This document shows positions 1 to 12,812 of a DNA stretch of 38,787 nt, piece after piece (within the stretch, counting starts at the first letter, position 1; each line of letters starts with the position of its first letter). Source of the stretch: Octopus bimaculoides (Eukaryota); NCBI RefSeq assembly GCF_001194135.2, contig NC_068987.1:76199222-76238008 (forward strand). Direction: 5' to 3'. The notes beneath the pieces are model-generated. The model was not told where the DNA came from. It saw only the letters and a list, made by a program, of their open reading frames with translations, and searched no databases. A program made the position numbers and the translations under genes.

Positions 1-651
1 ATATATATATATATATATATACATACATATATAGGTATATATGTAGTATGTATATAGGCATGAATGTATAAATTACCTAGTTAAAAGGACTCATATATGC
101 ATCCAGTGAAATAATACAAACACACGTCTACACTCCTGCTCACACATGCGCACTCATATACCCATTGCACTTATTATCTTTACACTTACAATTCTCCAGT
201 GTTTTTCATTCAATTAAAATCTGTTTTGTTATATTTAATTATGGCTTACAGTTTGTTACACATAAATTGCGTTTACTTTCTAATTCAGAAAACTAGAGAC
301 GAATTTTAAATTCACAGACTGTAAAATTTACCCATGGTGAGAACCAATAAATCACTAATTATAATATTTAGCTTATTATTTACATAAGTGCAATCGGCAA
401 GTGAAAATTACCCGTTCAAGTTGGCCGTTAGTTACTGCAATTTTACTTTCTTTCGCGCCTATTTTTCATTTTTACGTTTGTTTCGCTTTTGTTTGTAAAT
501 ATATCTTTCTGTTGAGTCACATTATGTAATGTCTTAATTTCATTCAAAATCCACATTCATAGCTACACGCATGTTACATAGGTACTATATAGTTACATAG
601 ATACTATATATATACATATGCTTACACAAACGTATGCGTGTATACATACAA

Positions 652-683
<32 letters not shown>

Positions 684-710
684 GTTTGCATGTTGTAAAT
701 ATATATATGT

Positions 711-930
711 TCTTTTATTCTTTTACTTATTTCAGTCATTTGACTAAAGCCATGTTGGAGCACCGCCTTCAATGGTCTTAGTCGAACAAATCGACCCCAG
801 GACATTTCTTTTTAAGCCTAGTGCTTATTCTATCGGTCTGTTTTTCTGAACCGCTAGGCTACGGAGACGTAAGCACACCAACACCGGTTGTCAAACGGTG
901 ATAGGAGGACAAGCACAGACACAAAGACAC
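711..930 (-). mobile_element. tRNA-derived SINE type C (CORE-like family), 3' half, running into (CA)n and an N gap
   Basis: Aligns by eye to the complete copy at 37989-38399 (TTTCAGTCATTTGACT..GCCATG..GAGCACCGCC..GTCGA.CAAAT.GACC..TATCGGTCT..CGGTTGTCAA). Confidence 0.85.
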
Positions 931-937
931 ACACGCG

Positions 938-983
<46 letters not shown>

Positions 984-2319
984 NNNNNNNNNNNNNNNNN
1001 NNNNNNNNNNNNNNNNNNNNNNNNNNNNNNNNNNNNNNNNNNNNNNNNNNNNNNNNNNNNNNNNNNNNNNNNNNNNNNNNNNNNNNNNNNNNNNNNNNNN
1101 NNNNNNNNNNNNNNNNNNNNNNNNNNNNNNNNNNNNNNNNNNNNNNNNNNNNNNNNNNNNNNNNNNNNNNNNNNNNNNNNNNNNNNNNNNNNNNNNNNNN
1201 NNNNNNNNNNNNNNNNNNNNNNNNNNNNNNNNNNNNNNNNNNNNNNNNNNNNNNNNNNNNNNNNNNNNNNNNNNNNNNNNNNNNNNNNNNNNNNNNNNNN
1301 NNNNNNNNNNNNNNNNNNNNNNNNNNNNNNNNNNNNNNNNNNNNNNNNNNNNNNNNNNNNNNNNNNNNNNNNNNNNNNNNNNNNNNNNNNNNNNNNNNNN
1401 NNNNNNNNNNNNNNNNNNNNNNNNNNNNNNNNNNNNNNNNNNNNNNNNNNNNNNNNNNNNNNNNNNNNNNNNNNNNNNNNNNNNNNNNNNNNNNNNNNNN
1501 NNNNNNNNNNNNNNNNNNNNNNNNNNNNNNNNNNNNNNNNNNNNNNNNNNNNNNNNNNNNNNNNNNNNNNNNNNNNNNNNNNNNNNNNNNNNNNNNNNNN
1601 NNNNNNNNNNNNNNNNNNNNNNNNNNNNNNNNNNNNNNNNNNNNNNNNNNNNNNNNNNNNNNNNNNNNNNNNNNNNNNNNNNNNNNNNNNNNNNNNNNNN
1701 NNNNNNNNNNNNNNNNNNNNNNNNNNNNNNNNNNNNNNTGACCATATAGATTTCAAACATAATTTATATCAATAACAGAAAGCAAAATATTCACATTGTC
1801 TCTTTATGTTATATCTGTGGCAGAATGAATTTTAGAGAATTATGCATTTCTTATTAAGCCTACTATAATTTAAAGAGTAACAGAGGAAAAATAGTGGGGG
1901 TTAAATATAAATGAGTGGTGACATAGTTATTTATGTTAAATTCAAATTACGATAAACGTAAACAAACAAACGAAGTTTGCTTTTAGAAGCGTTGAGATGT
2001 CTTAGAAAGTTAAAGAAGTGATTTTAAATTCTCAATCGCAGGATAATGCTAATAATAATAAAACCGCCGACACTTTTTTCTGCAAAATTGGGGTATTTTA
2101 TCCTGTTCAGGCTATATTATTATTAGCATTATCCTGCGATTGATAGTTATTTATGTTTAGAAAATTTTATGCAGTATATAGTCTTCAACCATTTAGAATT
2201 AAATCCATTGGGAGTTATCAACTGATACAACTGTATTCCAATTGATAGTGATAAATCAATTAATGTCAGACAGTCTCCCAGACTCTAATTGTACTGGAAC
2301 CATATATCTAGCTTTATCT

Positions 2320-2515
2320 ACTTAAAAAGATATGTCGCAGAGCTGCTAGTAAGAGAATAGCTGATAGGGAAGAGGTGGTAACTAGAACAAGGAAGGACAG
2401 GAGTGGCCAATACCTAATTAGATTATCAAATAAAGAGGAATGTAATGAAAAACTAAAGAGATTAGTAATATAAGCTTTAAGGGTGGAAATTAGAATTGAG
2501 GGATACGAGAGGTAG
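2320..2515 (+). pseudogene. Possible decayed LINE (I/Nimb-like) ORF1 fragment
   Basis: Translation KKICRRAASKRIADREEVVTRTRKDRSGQYLIRLSNKEECNEKLK, then with frameshifts EISNISFKG/VEIRIEGYER, loosely fits the recalled I-clade ORF1 pattern (KxRSGxLLI..LLxxxxI..V.V). Short and degenerate. Confidence 0.3.
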
Positions 2516-2686
2516 TAATTCATAACTGCAAATTTATTATATAAAATTGAGAAAATTTAATTCAACATATAGAAAAAGGATAGAGATTAAACTTAAAACT
2601 TAATAATGATATACTTTAATATATAAGAAAACTTTTAAGGTGTTTCCTAAATACACTGTTAAGGTAGTCATGGTAAAACCATTCTA

Positions 2687-2813
2687 CAGGGTGTCCACAA
2701 GGTCTGGGTACATGGAGTAAATAAAATCATAACATAAACAATTAAATATAAGAAATAATAATTTCTTAAAGTATGCGTTAATCTCCATGTACCCAGACTT
2801 TGTGGACACCCTG
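2687..2813. mobile_element. 127-bp Tc1/mariner-type MITE
   Basis: 31-bp TIRs CAGGGTGTCCACAA(G/A)GTCTGGGTACATGGAG at 2687-2717 and 2783-2813 (1 mismatch); TA at 2685-2686 and 2814-2815 as TSD; AT-rich non-coding core. Confidence 0.92.
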
Positions 2814-2899
2814 TACAATGAATGTATAACTGAAATAAATTATCACTTTGTAATTTATAGTAGCACTTGATGCTAATTCAAGTCTTACCGATTATAACG

Positions 2900-3800
2900 G
2901 CTTAGCTTCTTTTAACTGCTGGCTAAAGATATTACTTCCATTGTTTTAACGGTAGCTACGATTTCTTTGTTCATGTCCTCGTACCTTTTAAAGTATCATT
3001 TGGAAGATAATGTTTATGTGTGCAGATTTTCTTTGATCCTGATGTATAAAGGTCGAATCGTATTGCTGATAAAACATTCGTGTTATTTGATGTACTGTAT
3101 TTCATGAACAACGTAATTACGTGGGGATATGTCTGTGTTGTGGATGGAGCCATCCGCCAGCATCCATCAGATTTTATCGTCGGGATGTCGATTGTTTGAT
3201 AAGCATTTTAGCGGGTAAGTTCTGAGCGAGCCGGTTATATATCTTACCTTACACTAGGAGTGGCCTTGCAGATAGCATCAGTTGTACTATTGCTGCAGTG
3301 TAGCAACTTTAGTAGATAGTTGTTGCAAGAGTTCTTCCATTTCCGGAGCCAGGGACTCTGAAGGCGAATTGTAACAGATATTAGGTACTCGTTGATCTCT
3401 TCAAATTTTTGGCGCTATATCGTGTGGAAAGCTTGATCTTCTGTCGTAGCTGCAGCTAAGCTGTATATGGGTGCGTTCGTTTTTCATGTACCCATCCTCA
3501 GTAGAGATGGAGTGGATTTCTTCAGTGAGCGACAATAGGCCCAACAAACAAGATCCAAGTGTTTGAGATTTGTTTGCAAGTATGGTTGAGGAAAGTGTCG
3601 ACTGCGATGACAGACAGGAGTTGATGTATTTCAGTAGTATGACCAGAACAGTAGGGATTAATGGAAGTGATTCAGACAACTAGCAAGTCAACAGATGAGA
3701 GAGAGAGTGTGCTGAGATGTAGAAAGAGGCAATATTGAGGTTAAATGCTCACATGTGGTACTTAGGGGTCTCAAGTTCCAGTTAATGGACTCTTTGGATG
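2900..3800 (-). pseudogene. Possible heavily decayed Ty3/Gypsy gag(-pol) remnant
   Basis: GC-richer, non-microsatellite block; frame-shifted minus-strand pieces NPY..EIHQLLS..D / STILANKSQTLG / EMEELLQQLSTKVATLQ / MNKEIVATVKT loosely resemble recalled invertebrate Gypsy gag (QLL..GDRKPSQLL) and integrase-proximal motifs. Many stops. Confidence 0.3.
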
Positions 3801-4474
3801 ATTTCATCCGAGCATCTTCGCAGAAAGTTAGAAATATTTAAAATCTGAGAGTAGAGCTAGAAAATCTTGCACAGAGGTCCTTCTAAGCTTGAGACAATGC
3901 AAAGGATTCTTTCCTTTATAGAATTCATATATACGTAGAAGCTACACAGACTTATACAAACTCTTTTGTATGAAGGGAGTGGGAGAGAAGAAAGAAAGAA
4001 AGAAAGAATGAGGAAGAGACAGAATGATAGAAAGAGTAGAATGAAACAGATGAATGAAAGTAATAAGTATAAAAAAATAGGAACGTTTGTAACTTCAGAA
4101 AAGCGCCACTGAAAATCTCATTAGCAAAGAATTCGCTTTAGTACAAAATGTATACGGTGACTTGGTACTAATATATAGAAATATTACATGTATATCTTGT
4201 AATGATATTGTTGATAACAAAAGCATATCAATTCTAAAATTGTACTTGAAGTATGCATCCGCATGCACAGAACATCCATTCAAACTGAAGCTCGAATTAC
4301 AAGTGCCTATTGTTATACGAGTTATGCGATTTCTGTGTTTGTTCTTGCTATGTATGCATATGTGTGTATACAAGTCTATGTTGTGAATACTGTACATGGA
4401 AATCTATAATTATATATACATTTGCAACAGCATAATATACAATAAAATTATACATGTGCTTGTGAGTGAACGCG

Positions 4475-4530
<56 letters not shown>
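4475..4530. repeat. (TATC)n microsatellite
   Basis: Direct tandem repeat visible in sequence. Confidence 0.97.
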
Positions 4531-4531
<1 letters not shown>

Positions 4532-5038
4532 CTCACTATACATATATATATGTGGGGGGGGGAGAGAATGCGGAGTGGTGGGATGTATTTCTCTGTATAT
4601 TCTTCGCAGTTAATAAAAGTAATATATAATTCTATTTAATCAATCTATCTCCATTGCCTTATATAAGCATATATAATTATCATATTCACTCACAAACACA
4701 TACACACGCATTTTCATTCATGCATACATATATTTGTACGTATACGTACTTACGTATTTACGTATGTATGCAAGTTTGTATGCATACATATATGTTTACA
4801 TGTACACTACATCGTTAAGTGATATTTAAAAGTATAAGAACGACTAATAAAGGACATGCAGATAAAGGACTTGATACATGAGTATTACTGTAATTTTATT
4901 GACTCTGGCTTCGGAGTTTCGCTGTATGTAGCTTGGTCACAATACATTCACGCGCGCACGCACACATACGTGGGTGTGTGTGTCTCTCTCTGCATATGTA
5001 TATGTGCGTATGTGTGTGCATGTTTTTGTGTGTGTGAA

Positions 5039-5400
5039 ATCATCATTATTTAATATCCATGTTCCGTGCTGTCACAAGTTAGGCAGTTTGACAAGATGCA
5101 ATAGGCTCAAGGAGGGCATCATGCTCTAGTGCTTCTAGTGGAACGGTTCCTATGGCTTGATGCCCTTCTTTATGCCAACCACTTTGCAACCGGCTATGGA
5201 TGCTTCTTTCGTGCTACCAGCTCAACTGAGGCTGCCGTGCATCCATATGCATCACATGTCTATACCAACGCAGTTTTCCTTTTCGTTCACTATGTCGAAT
5301 TCCTTTCATCTTCAGCTTTTCATTCTACACTTTTGTACTATGTCTCTTATACACACAATGCACGTTCAAAAGAGCATGCTCACTTCCAAGCAATTTAAGC
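5039..5400 (-). mobile_element. RTE-clade LINE 3' fragment (RT C-terminus + 3' UTR)
   Basis: Minus-strand translation ...EVSML*..KGIRHSERKGKLRWYRHVMHMD (motif at 5241-5273) matches the RTE LRW(F/Y)GHVxRM motif; followed by a GTGGTTGGC..AAGGGCATC..GTCAAAC tail ending in (GAT)-like units at about 5039-5048. Confidence 0.75.
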
Positions 5401-7663
5401 AAACAGTTGTAGTTTGGGATAAAATGTCTTGCGTTCGTTTCGACTGTCTGCGCTCCAGATTCATGTTTCGCTCGATTTTACCTTCCAGTTTTTCCGAATC
5501 AATATAAAAGAGTTCGAGTCTAGGGCGGTGGATTGATGGAATTGGTAGATTGACTGCTGTAGTACCTTGCGGGATGTATTCCGACTCTATGCATTCCTGT
5601 TTGATTTTCAAGATATAGTCAAGCGCCAGGAAGTCTAGTCTAGTGTCATGTAAACTTGTTCACCACAGACTTAATTGTCTTGAAAATGGCTGAATAATGT
5701 GTACAACCCAATTTCTCGAATCAGCAGCAGCAAAAAAAAAAAAATGGGACAGTCGCGACTGTTCGATTAACTACCAAAGAGACATACTTCTAAGTAATCA
5801 GGATTAATTAAGACTACACAACAATTACATAAAGAAGTAAACTTTCTTTTTATTCGATACAAAGGTTTTATATTTTGAGAGGAAGAGGAAGATTGGAGTT
5901 GAAAATCTGCAATGAGTTTGTGTTGATACTGTGTTATTCATTAATTCTCAGGTAATTATTAGTCTCCTAAGCAATTTATAATGGCATCATTTCGAAATCT
6001 TATAGCTGCCACAAAGTACAAATATATAATTGACCTAAACCTAGGCAACAAAAGTAACGACAAAAAACAACAGCAGGCGCAGCAGTAATAAATATACATA
6101 TATAAGTGTTGTGAGTACGATGCAGTTGGGGCAAAGGTCTTAACGATAATTTATTACAAGTTCAAATTTGAACTTTCAGCTGAGTCTGTGGCTCAACTCA
6201 TCGACGGAGCCTCTACGTTGTGGTTAACTTTTTAGAAACAACATTTAAATCTCCCTCAAATAATACTCCAGTGCCTTAGACAGGGACAATTAAATGAACT
6301 GAGGTAGGAATAAAAGTCATCAAAGTCAATATTGTGAATTGTTAAAGAGATTCATATATNNNNNNNNNNNNNNNNNNNNNNNNNNNNNNNNNNNNNNNNN
6401 NNNNNNNNNNNNNNNNNNNNNNNNNNNNNNNNNNNTATATATATATGCATACTCACCGCGCGCAGATTTATATAACCTGCAAGTCTCACTCTTGGATAAA
6501 TAACATTTACGTTATTTGCCAATTCGCATTCTCACATTTCAAAATCGTATTATTAAAAGACAATTGCAAACTAGCTACGGAAGAGCGAAAATATTGCACA
6601 AACATATTCACTCAGCAACCGTCCCAAAATGTCATCAACTTGTTACCTCGCTGTGCCTTATGTCATTCTTACTAAAACTATATACAGGAAGAAACATGCA
6701 GACAATGATATTTAGAATTTATTTTAGTAACGTTACACACAGCTACACATTCAATAAAAGGAATTTGGGGATTTCAATAGAAGGAATTTTGGTGGAAAAC
6801 TCCTATCAAATTGTCCTTTAAATAAACGTTGTGCAATCATAACCATATGTCCAACAGATGTGATGAAAAATAGAACTTCTATGGGCTTTCACTTAGACGC
6901 ATATATCGCTTCTACTCCGTACATAAACACACATTCGTACTTGAAATCATTCATGTGCTTAGTTATGTTACTAAGTGCTTAAACAATGATCTTGAAAAGT
7001 TAGGATTTTTTTTAAAGCAACTGATAACATCTCACACGTACTGTGTAAATTCAATGTGTGAATGAACTACTAAAAATATGTAAGGCATTTTTGCTTATGG
7101 CTTTATACCGTTGTAAATGTCTAAATTCGAGCGATGTATTTCTGTTTCTTAATTAGAAATATCAGACTATTCTACTTTGGAATGAATCTGAAGAGATAAA
7201 AGAATAGAATAAACACGTCGTCATCTATGTATATACATACATATAAACACAACCATGTATGCTTAGACACAAATACACTTGCTCACAAATATACTCACAT
7301 ACAGACGGGTGGACAGCCAGAAAAGAAAGAAAGATAAAAAGAAAGAAAGGAAAGGAGCGAGTGAGCGAAAGAGAGAGTGGGGTTGTAGTTATCAGAAATG
7401 AAAAACATGCTGAATTATTTCACCCAGGTAATAAAAGAAATGTCAGACCAAATTTTCTCTTTTCTCATATAACTGACTTGTAAGTCTGTAGTATTTCTAA
7501 AAGAATCAGTTTCTGATATATATTTTACATATTAAGTATACAATACCAAGTGACACCCACTTCGTTTTGGAAGAATAAAAATACAAATAAGAAAAGTAAA
7601 GATGACACACACACTGGGATTTCATATGAAATTCTAAGGTTATAATATTTGCTCTATTTCTGA

Positions 7664-7776
7664 GGCAGCAAGCTGGCAGAAACGTTAGCACGCCGGGCGA
7701 AATGCTTAGCGGTATTTCGACTGACTTTACGTTCTGAGTTCAAACTCCATTTAGGACGACTTTGTCTTTCATCCTT
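7664..7776 (+). mobile_element. tRNA-derived SINE type A, 3'-truncated copy
   Basis: GCTGGCAGAAACGTTAGCACGCCGGGCGAAATGCTTAGCGGTATTTCG..GTTCTGAGTTCAAA..GACTTTGTCTTTCATCCTTT, near-identical to the head of 34382-34593. Confidence 0.9.
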
Positions 7777-8678
7777 TGTTGTTTATGTCCCCCGTTCGAT
7801 CAGTGAATCAGTCACATAGGTCCCTCTGCTAGGTTCGACGGCATCTGCAACCTCATTAATGTCACGCCTCTCTCCACTCTATGTCTGCTTCTGATCTATC
7901 TGTCTGATATAATAAAAAGAGGTGAAACCAGACCAGTACTTGAATTTATTGTTGGTATAATGACCTTCCTGAGATACAACAAAATCTGTTTCAACGCATG
8001 TGTTCACGTCAATAATCATGCAAACTATGTACAAAGAAAAGGAAATATGTTATTTCTCCAAAACAATTAAGCTGATGAATAAGGCTAATAATTACGAACT
8101 CTCGCGTGATTGGTTGTATAAGTCAAAGGATGATAACATTGTCAGACTTCAGGGTTTGATGAATTGGATATGTGATGTTTATGCCTTCTAAATAGACTTT
8201 TATAGTTTAAGGAGAAGAAATAGTTTTGAAAGTCGAACTCAGCCGAGTGGAAGTAAAAAAAAAAAAACTCCTTAAACATCTCCCACTCCCACAGATCGGT
8301 GTGTGCGTGTGTGAAATTCCCAAGTCACCTAACCCCAAGGAGCTACAGCATCATTTAAAGCTTATTTTTTCGATCAACGTTTGCCCAAGCTTTAACATCC
8401 TCCGATGATGAAGAAGTAGTGCTGCAAGTGTTTTGAAAATGTTACATTCTCCAATGCACTCAACATATTACATTTGCATATATGAATGTATATCCTTTTA
8501 AAGACGGAGTGCAGGGGGTATTGGCGGAAACATTACGTTAATATAATCACAGACTGTGATTAAGTAGAAGATATGGATGGAATTAGAGAGAGCATTATGG
8601 AATTAGTCGAAAGTATTCAGTGTGAAGTGGAACGGTTATTGGACAACGAATCAAGCGAACTACACATCAAGAATTGCT

Positions 8679-9063
8679 GTTGTTGGCACTCCGTCGCTTA
8701 CGACGTCGAGGGTTCCAGTTGATCCGATCAACGGAACAATCTGCTCGTGAAATTAACGTGCAAGTGACTGAGCACTCCACAGACATGTGTACCCTTAACG
8801 TAGTTCTCGGGGATATTCAGCATGACACAGTTTGACAAGGCTAACCCTTTGAAATACCGGCACAACAGAAACAGGAAGAAAGAGTGAGAGAAAGTTGTGG
8901 TGAAAGAGTACAGCAGGGTTCGCCACCATCCCCTGCCGGAGCCTCGTGGAGCTTTTAGGTGTTTTCGCTCAATAAACACTCAAAACGCCTGGTCTGGGAA
9001 TCGAAACCGCGATCCTATGACCGCGAGTCCGCTGCTCTAACCATTGGGCCATTGCGCCTCCAC
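8679..9063 (-). mobile_element. tRNA-derived SINE type B, full length
   Basis: Minus-strand head GTGGAGGCGCAATGGCCCAATGGTTAGAGCAGCGGAC.. with A box (TGGCCCAATGG) and B box (GGTTTCGATTCC); 3' end ..GACGGAGTGCC(AAC)n; body shared with 23058, 28652 and 37309; imperfect flanking repeat TC(A/G)AGAATTG. Confidence 0.92.
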
Positions 9064-9103
9064 CTCGAGAATTGTAGAGGTAAAGAAAAGGAAAGAAGCG
9101 ATA

Positions 9104-9590
9104 GAAGAAGAAAAAGAAGAAGAAGAAGAAGAAGAAGAAGAAGAAGAAGAAGAAGAAGAAGAAGAAGAAGAAGAAGAAGNNNNNNNNNNNNNNNNNNNNN
9201 NNNNNNNNNNNNNNNNNNNNNNNNNNNNNNNNNNNNNNNNNNNNNNNNNNNNNNNNNNNNNNNNNNNNNNNNNNNNNNNNNNNNNNNNNNNNNNNNNNNN
9301 NNNNNNNNNNNNNNNNNNNNNNNNNNNNNNNNNNNNNNNNNNNNNNNNNNNNNNNNNNNNNNNNNNNNNNNNNNNNNNNNNNNNNNNNNNNNNNNNNNNN
9401 NNNNNNNNNNNNNNNNNNNNNNNNNNNNNNNNNNNNNNNNNNNNNNNNNNNNNNNNNNNNNNNNNNNNNNNNNNNNNNNNNNNNNNNNNNNNNNGAAGAA
9501 GAAGAAGAAGAAGAAGAAGAAGAAGAAGAAGAAGAAGAAGAAGAAGAAGAAGAAGAAGAAGAAGAAGAAGAAGAAGAAGAAGAAGAAGAA
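9104..9590. repeat. (GAA)n microsatellite spanning an N gap (9180-9494)
   Basis: Pure GAA runs on both sides of the gap. Confidence 0.95.
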
Positions 9591-9995
9591 ACAAGGAAGT
9601 TTTCACCCTAAACCTAAAGGGCTTGTTTGACAGATGTATTTTCTCGTTTTTAATACCAAAAGATTCATCAAAGTTGATACAATATTCGGAAAGCAATATG
9701 TTTTTATTGGGAAATATACACTGATGAAACGGAAAAGATGATTTAAACCAAATTCAGCGCCTGAGTTCAAGAACTACCTCCTCCAACCTCTTCACCTTCA
9801 TTCTCAACACCTTCATTCCATTCTCAACCAAGCAAGACCCTGTTTTGCAAAGTATGTACGTTGTGCGTAACCGTTTAGGAATCGATAGATGTCGACTTCA
9901 AACTTAGCAATTGATCATCTGAAGCATTCTACACTAAATTTACCACTGTTATACCTATAAGTTCGACTGTCTCAAGCTGGCTAGAATTTTGCCAT

Positions 9996-9996
<1 letters not shown>

Positions 9997-10069
<73 letters not shown>

Positions 10070-10425
10070 TTGCTGCTGCTGCTGCTACCACTACTACTGA
10101 TGCCGCTGCTGCTACTAATAGTGCTATTACTACCAATGCTAATACTGCTGATGCTGCTACTACTACTAATACTGCTGCTAGTGCTACTACTAATACTACT
10201 ACTACTGCTACTACTTCTACTACTAAAACTGCTGCTACTACTACTACTACTACTACTANNNNNNNNNNCTACTACTACTGCTGCTACTACTACTACTACT
10301 AAAACTGCTGCTACTACTACTACTACTACTGCTGCTACTACTACTACTACTAAAACTGCTGCTACTACTACTACTACTACTACTGCTGCTACTACTACTA
10401 CTACTAAAACTGCTTCTACTACTAT

Positions 10426-10457
<32 letters not shown>

Positions 10458-10476
10458 AAACTGCTTCTACTACTAT

Positions 10477-10527
<51 letters not shown>

Positions 10528-10566
10528 CGCCAACATCACCACCACCATCACTACTACTACAACTAC
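9997..10566. repeat. Compound (CTA/CTG)n microsatellite with higher-order units
   Basis: CTA runs interrupted by CTG, AAA and ATT triplets; AAAACTGCT marker at 10225, 10301, 10352, 10406, 10457. Confidence 0.95.
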
Positions 10567-11947
10567 AGTTGTTTCAGGCTGGCTACGGAAAATGTTTTGA
10601 TACTTTAAAAGTGGAATTTATAAATACTTTTTACTGTTTTTCATTTATTGCTTTTTAAAAATTTATTGACCACATTAATAATGCGTTTGACAACTAATCC
10701 TCTCACGTTTTATATTTCTTTATATTATAAAATATTACTATCTATGATACGTATAACTACAAAGTATTATTCCTAAAATAAAATTTAGAATCGGAATCAT
10801 CAAACAGTATATTTGAAGATTTCACATTCGGACTTTAAATACTGAATACACAAATGAATTGCTATATAAAAAAAAATATAGGAAAAAAACATTAGCAATC
10901 AAATAACAGAATACACCAAAGAAAATAGTATTGTTAACTGCATATAATAATGCATTAAAAAAGATAAAAGAAAGATGTATTATTTATGTCGGGCAGTAGA
11001 TAATAGCAATGCATTTAATACATCTATTATATATCCCCCCTCCACCACCACCACCAAAATAAAGAATAACGGGTCAAATATTAATAGATTTCCTAGATAT
11101 GTCTATATCCACTTCACTTGCATATATACGTATACGTGCATGTATGTATATATGTGTGTATGTATGTGTGTGTGTGCGAGCGTGAGACAGAAAAGTATGT
11201 TCGTATATATANNNNNNNNNNNNNNNNNNNNNNNNNNNNNNNNNNNNNNNNNNNNNNNNNNNNNNNNNNNNNNNNNNNNNNNNNNNNNNNNNNNNNNNNN
11301 NNNNNNNNNNNNNNNNNNNNNNNNNNNNNNNNNNNNNNNNNNNNNNNNNNNNNNNNNNNNNNNNNNNNNNNNNNNNNNNNNNNNNNNNNNNNNNNNNNNN
11401 NNNNNNNNNNNNNNNNNNNNNNNNNNNNNNNNNNNNNNNNNNNNNNNNNNNNNNNNNNNNNNNNNNNNNNNNNNNNNNNNNNNNNNNNNNNNNNNNNNNN
11501 NNNNNNNNNNNNNNNNNNNNNNNNNNNNNNNNNNNNNNNNNNNNNNNNNNNNNNNNNNNNNNNNNNNNNNNNNNNNNNNNNNNNNNNNNNNNNNNNNNNN
11601 NNNNNNNNNNNNNNNNNNNNNNNNNNNNNNNNNNNNNNNNNNNNNNNNNNNNNNNNNNNNNNNNNNNNNNNNNNNNNNNNNNNNNNNNNNNNNNNNNNNN
11701 NNNNNNNNNNNNNNNNNNNNNNNNNNNNNNNNNNNNNNNNNNNNNNNNNNNNNNNNNNNNNNNNNNNNNNNNNNNNNNNNNNNNNNNNNNNNNNNNNNNN
11801 NNNNNNNNNNNNNNNNNNNNNNNNNNNNNNNNNNNNNNNNNNNNNNNNNNNNNNNNNNNNNNNNNNNNNNNNNNNNNNNNNNNNNNNNNNNNNNNNNNNN
11901 NNNNNNNNNNNNNNNNNNNNNNNNNNNNNNNNNNNNNNNNNNNNNTA

Positions 11948-11978
<31 letters not shown>

Positions 11979-12053
11979 ATAGATATAGATATATATTATA
12001 TATATATATGTATGTATATATGTATATATTTGTGTGTCTGTCTGTCTGTCTGT

Positions 12054-12256
12054 CTGTGTTTGTCTCCCCACCATCGCTTGACAACCGATGTTGGTGTGTT
12101 TCGTCCCCGAAAATTAGCGGTTCGGCAAAAGAAACCGATAGAATAAATGCTACGCTTATAAAGATTAACTCCTGGGGTCGATTTGTTCGACTAAAGGCGG
12201 TTCTCCAGCATGGCCGCAGTCAAAATGACTGAAACAAGTGAAAGAATAAAAGAATA
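12054..12256 (+). mobile_element. SINE type C, 3' half, following an N gap and AT/CA/TGTC microsatellite
   Basis: CCACCATCGCTTGACAACCGATG..CGGTTCGGCAAAAGAAACCGATAGAATAA..CCTGGGGTCGATTTGTTCGACTAAAGGCGG..CAGCATGGCCGCAGTCAAAATGACTGAAACAAG is the reverse complement of the 37989 copy. Confidence 0.9.
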
Positions 12257-12304
12257 AAATAAAAGAATTTATGTAGATAGATGGACAGACAGACAGATAG
12301 ACAA

Positions 12305-12370
<66 letters not shown>
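12305..12370. repeat. (TAGA)n microsatellite
   Basis: Direct tandem repeat. Confidence 0.97.
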
Positions 12371-12371
<1 letters not shown>

Positions 12372-12812
12372 CCCATTTGAAAACTTGTGAGAGCCACAGT
12401 ATAACGTAATGTATGCAATAACATGCATAGCGTGTTAGATATGTGTTTATTCCACTGAAAGTACAAGACTAGTCTTGTTTCTTTCTAGTTCCGAAATTCC
12501 CCGAGTACACTCTGAAAATTTTGAAACTCTAGAAATAAAGTTGCTTAGCTTCATAAATGTCAACATCTGAATAAACACACGCGTGCGCGCGCACACACAT
12601 ACACACACACACGCATACACATACACACATACATACACACACTCATATTGTAGAATCTCAAATATGTAATAGTATTGAAAAAAGCTTTGATTAATTGACA
12701 TCATCCATGTAATTAGTAGACGAAAATCTCTTTGGGTGTGTTTTAAAATCAATACGTAAAGGAGATGATTTCAAAAATATCAATTATGTGAACTTGTTGA
12801 TCCTATCAAGTA

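Noticed and set aside
5480-5600. Possible CR1 3' end (EFESRAVD*WN)
   Set aside because: Too short and degenerate to support.
6158-6210. Hammerhead-like arrangement on the minus strand (TCGATGA-GTTGAG/CTCAGC-T-GAAA plus 18-bp palindrome AAGTTCAAATTTGAACTT)
   Set aside because: Core reads UCGAUGA rather than CUGAUGA, there is an extra U before GAAA and stem I cannot form; GTTCAAATT also resembles a SINE B-box fragment.
6178-6225. Peptide AESVAQLIDG resembling the FAK FERM motif AENMADLIDG
   Set aside because: Similarity is under 10 residues, flanks do not match, and no good donor precedes the stop.
8990-9063. tRNA-like sequence with A and B boxes
   Set aside because: It is the head of a SINE; no complete cloverleaf or acceptor stem, so not called as a tRNA gene.
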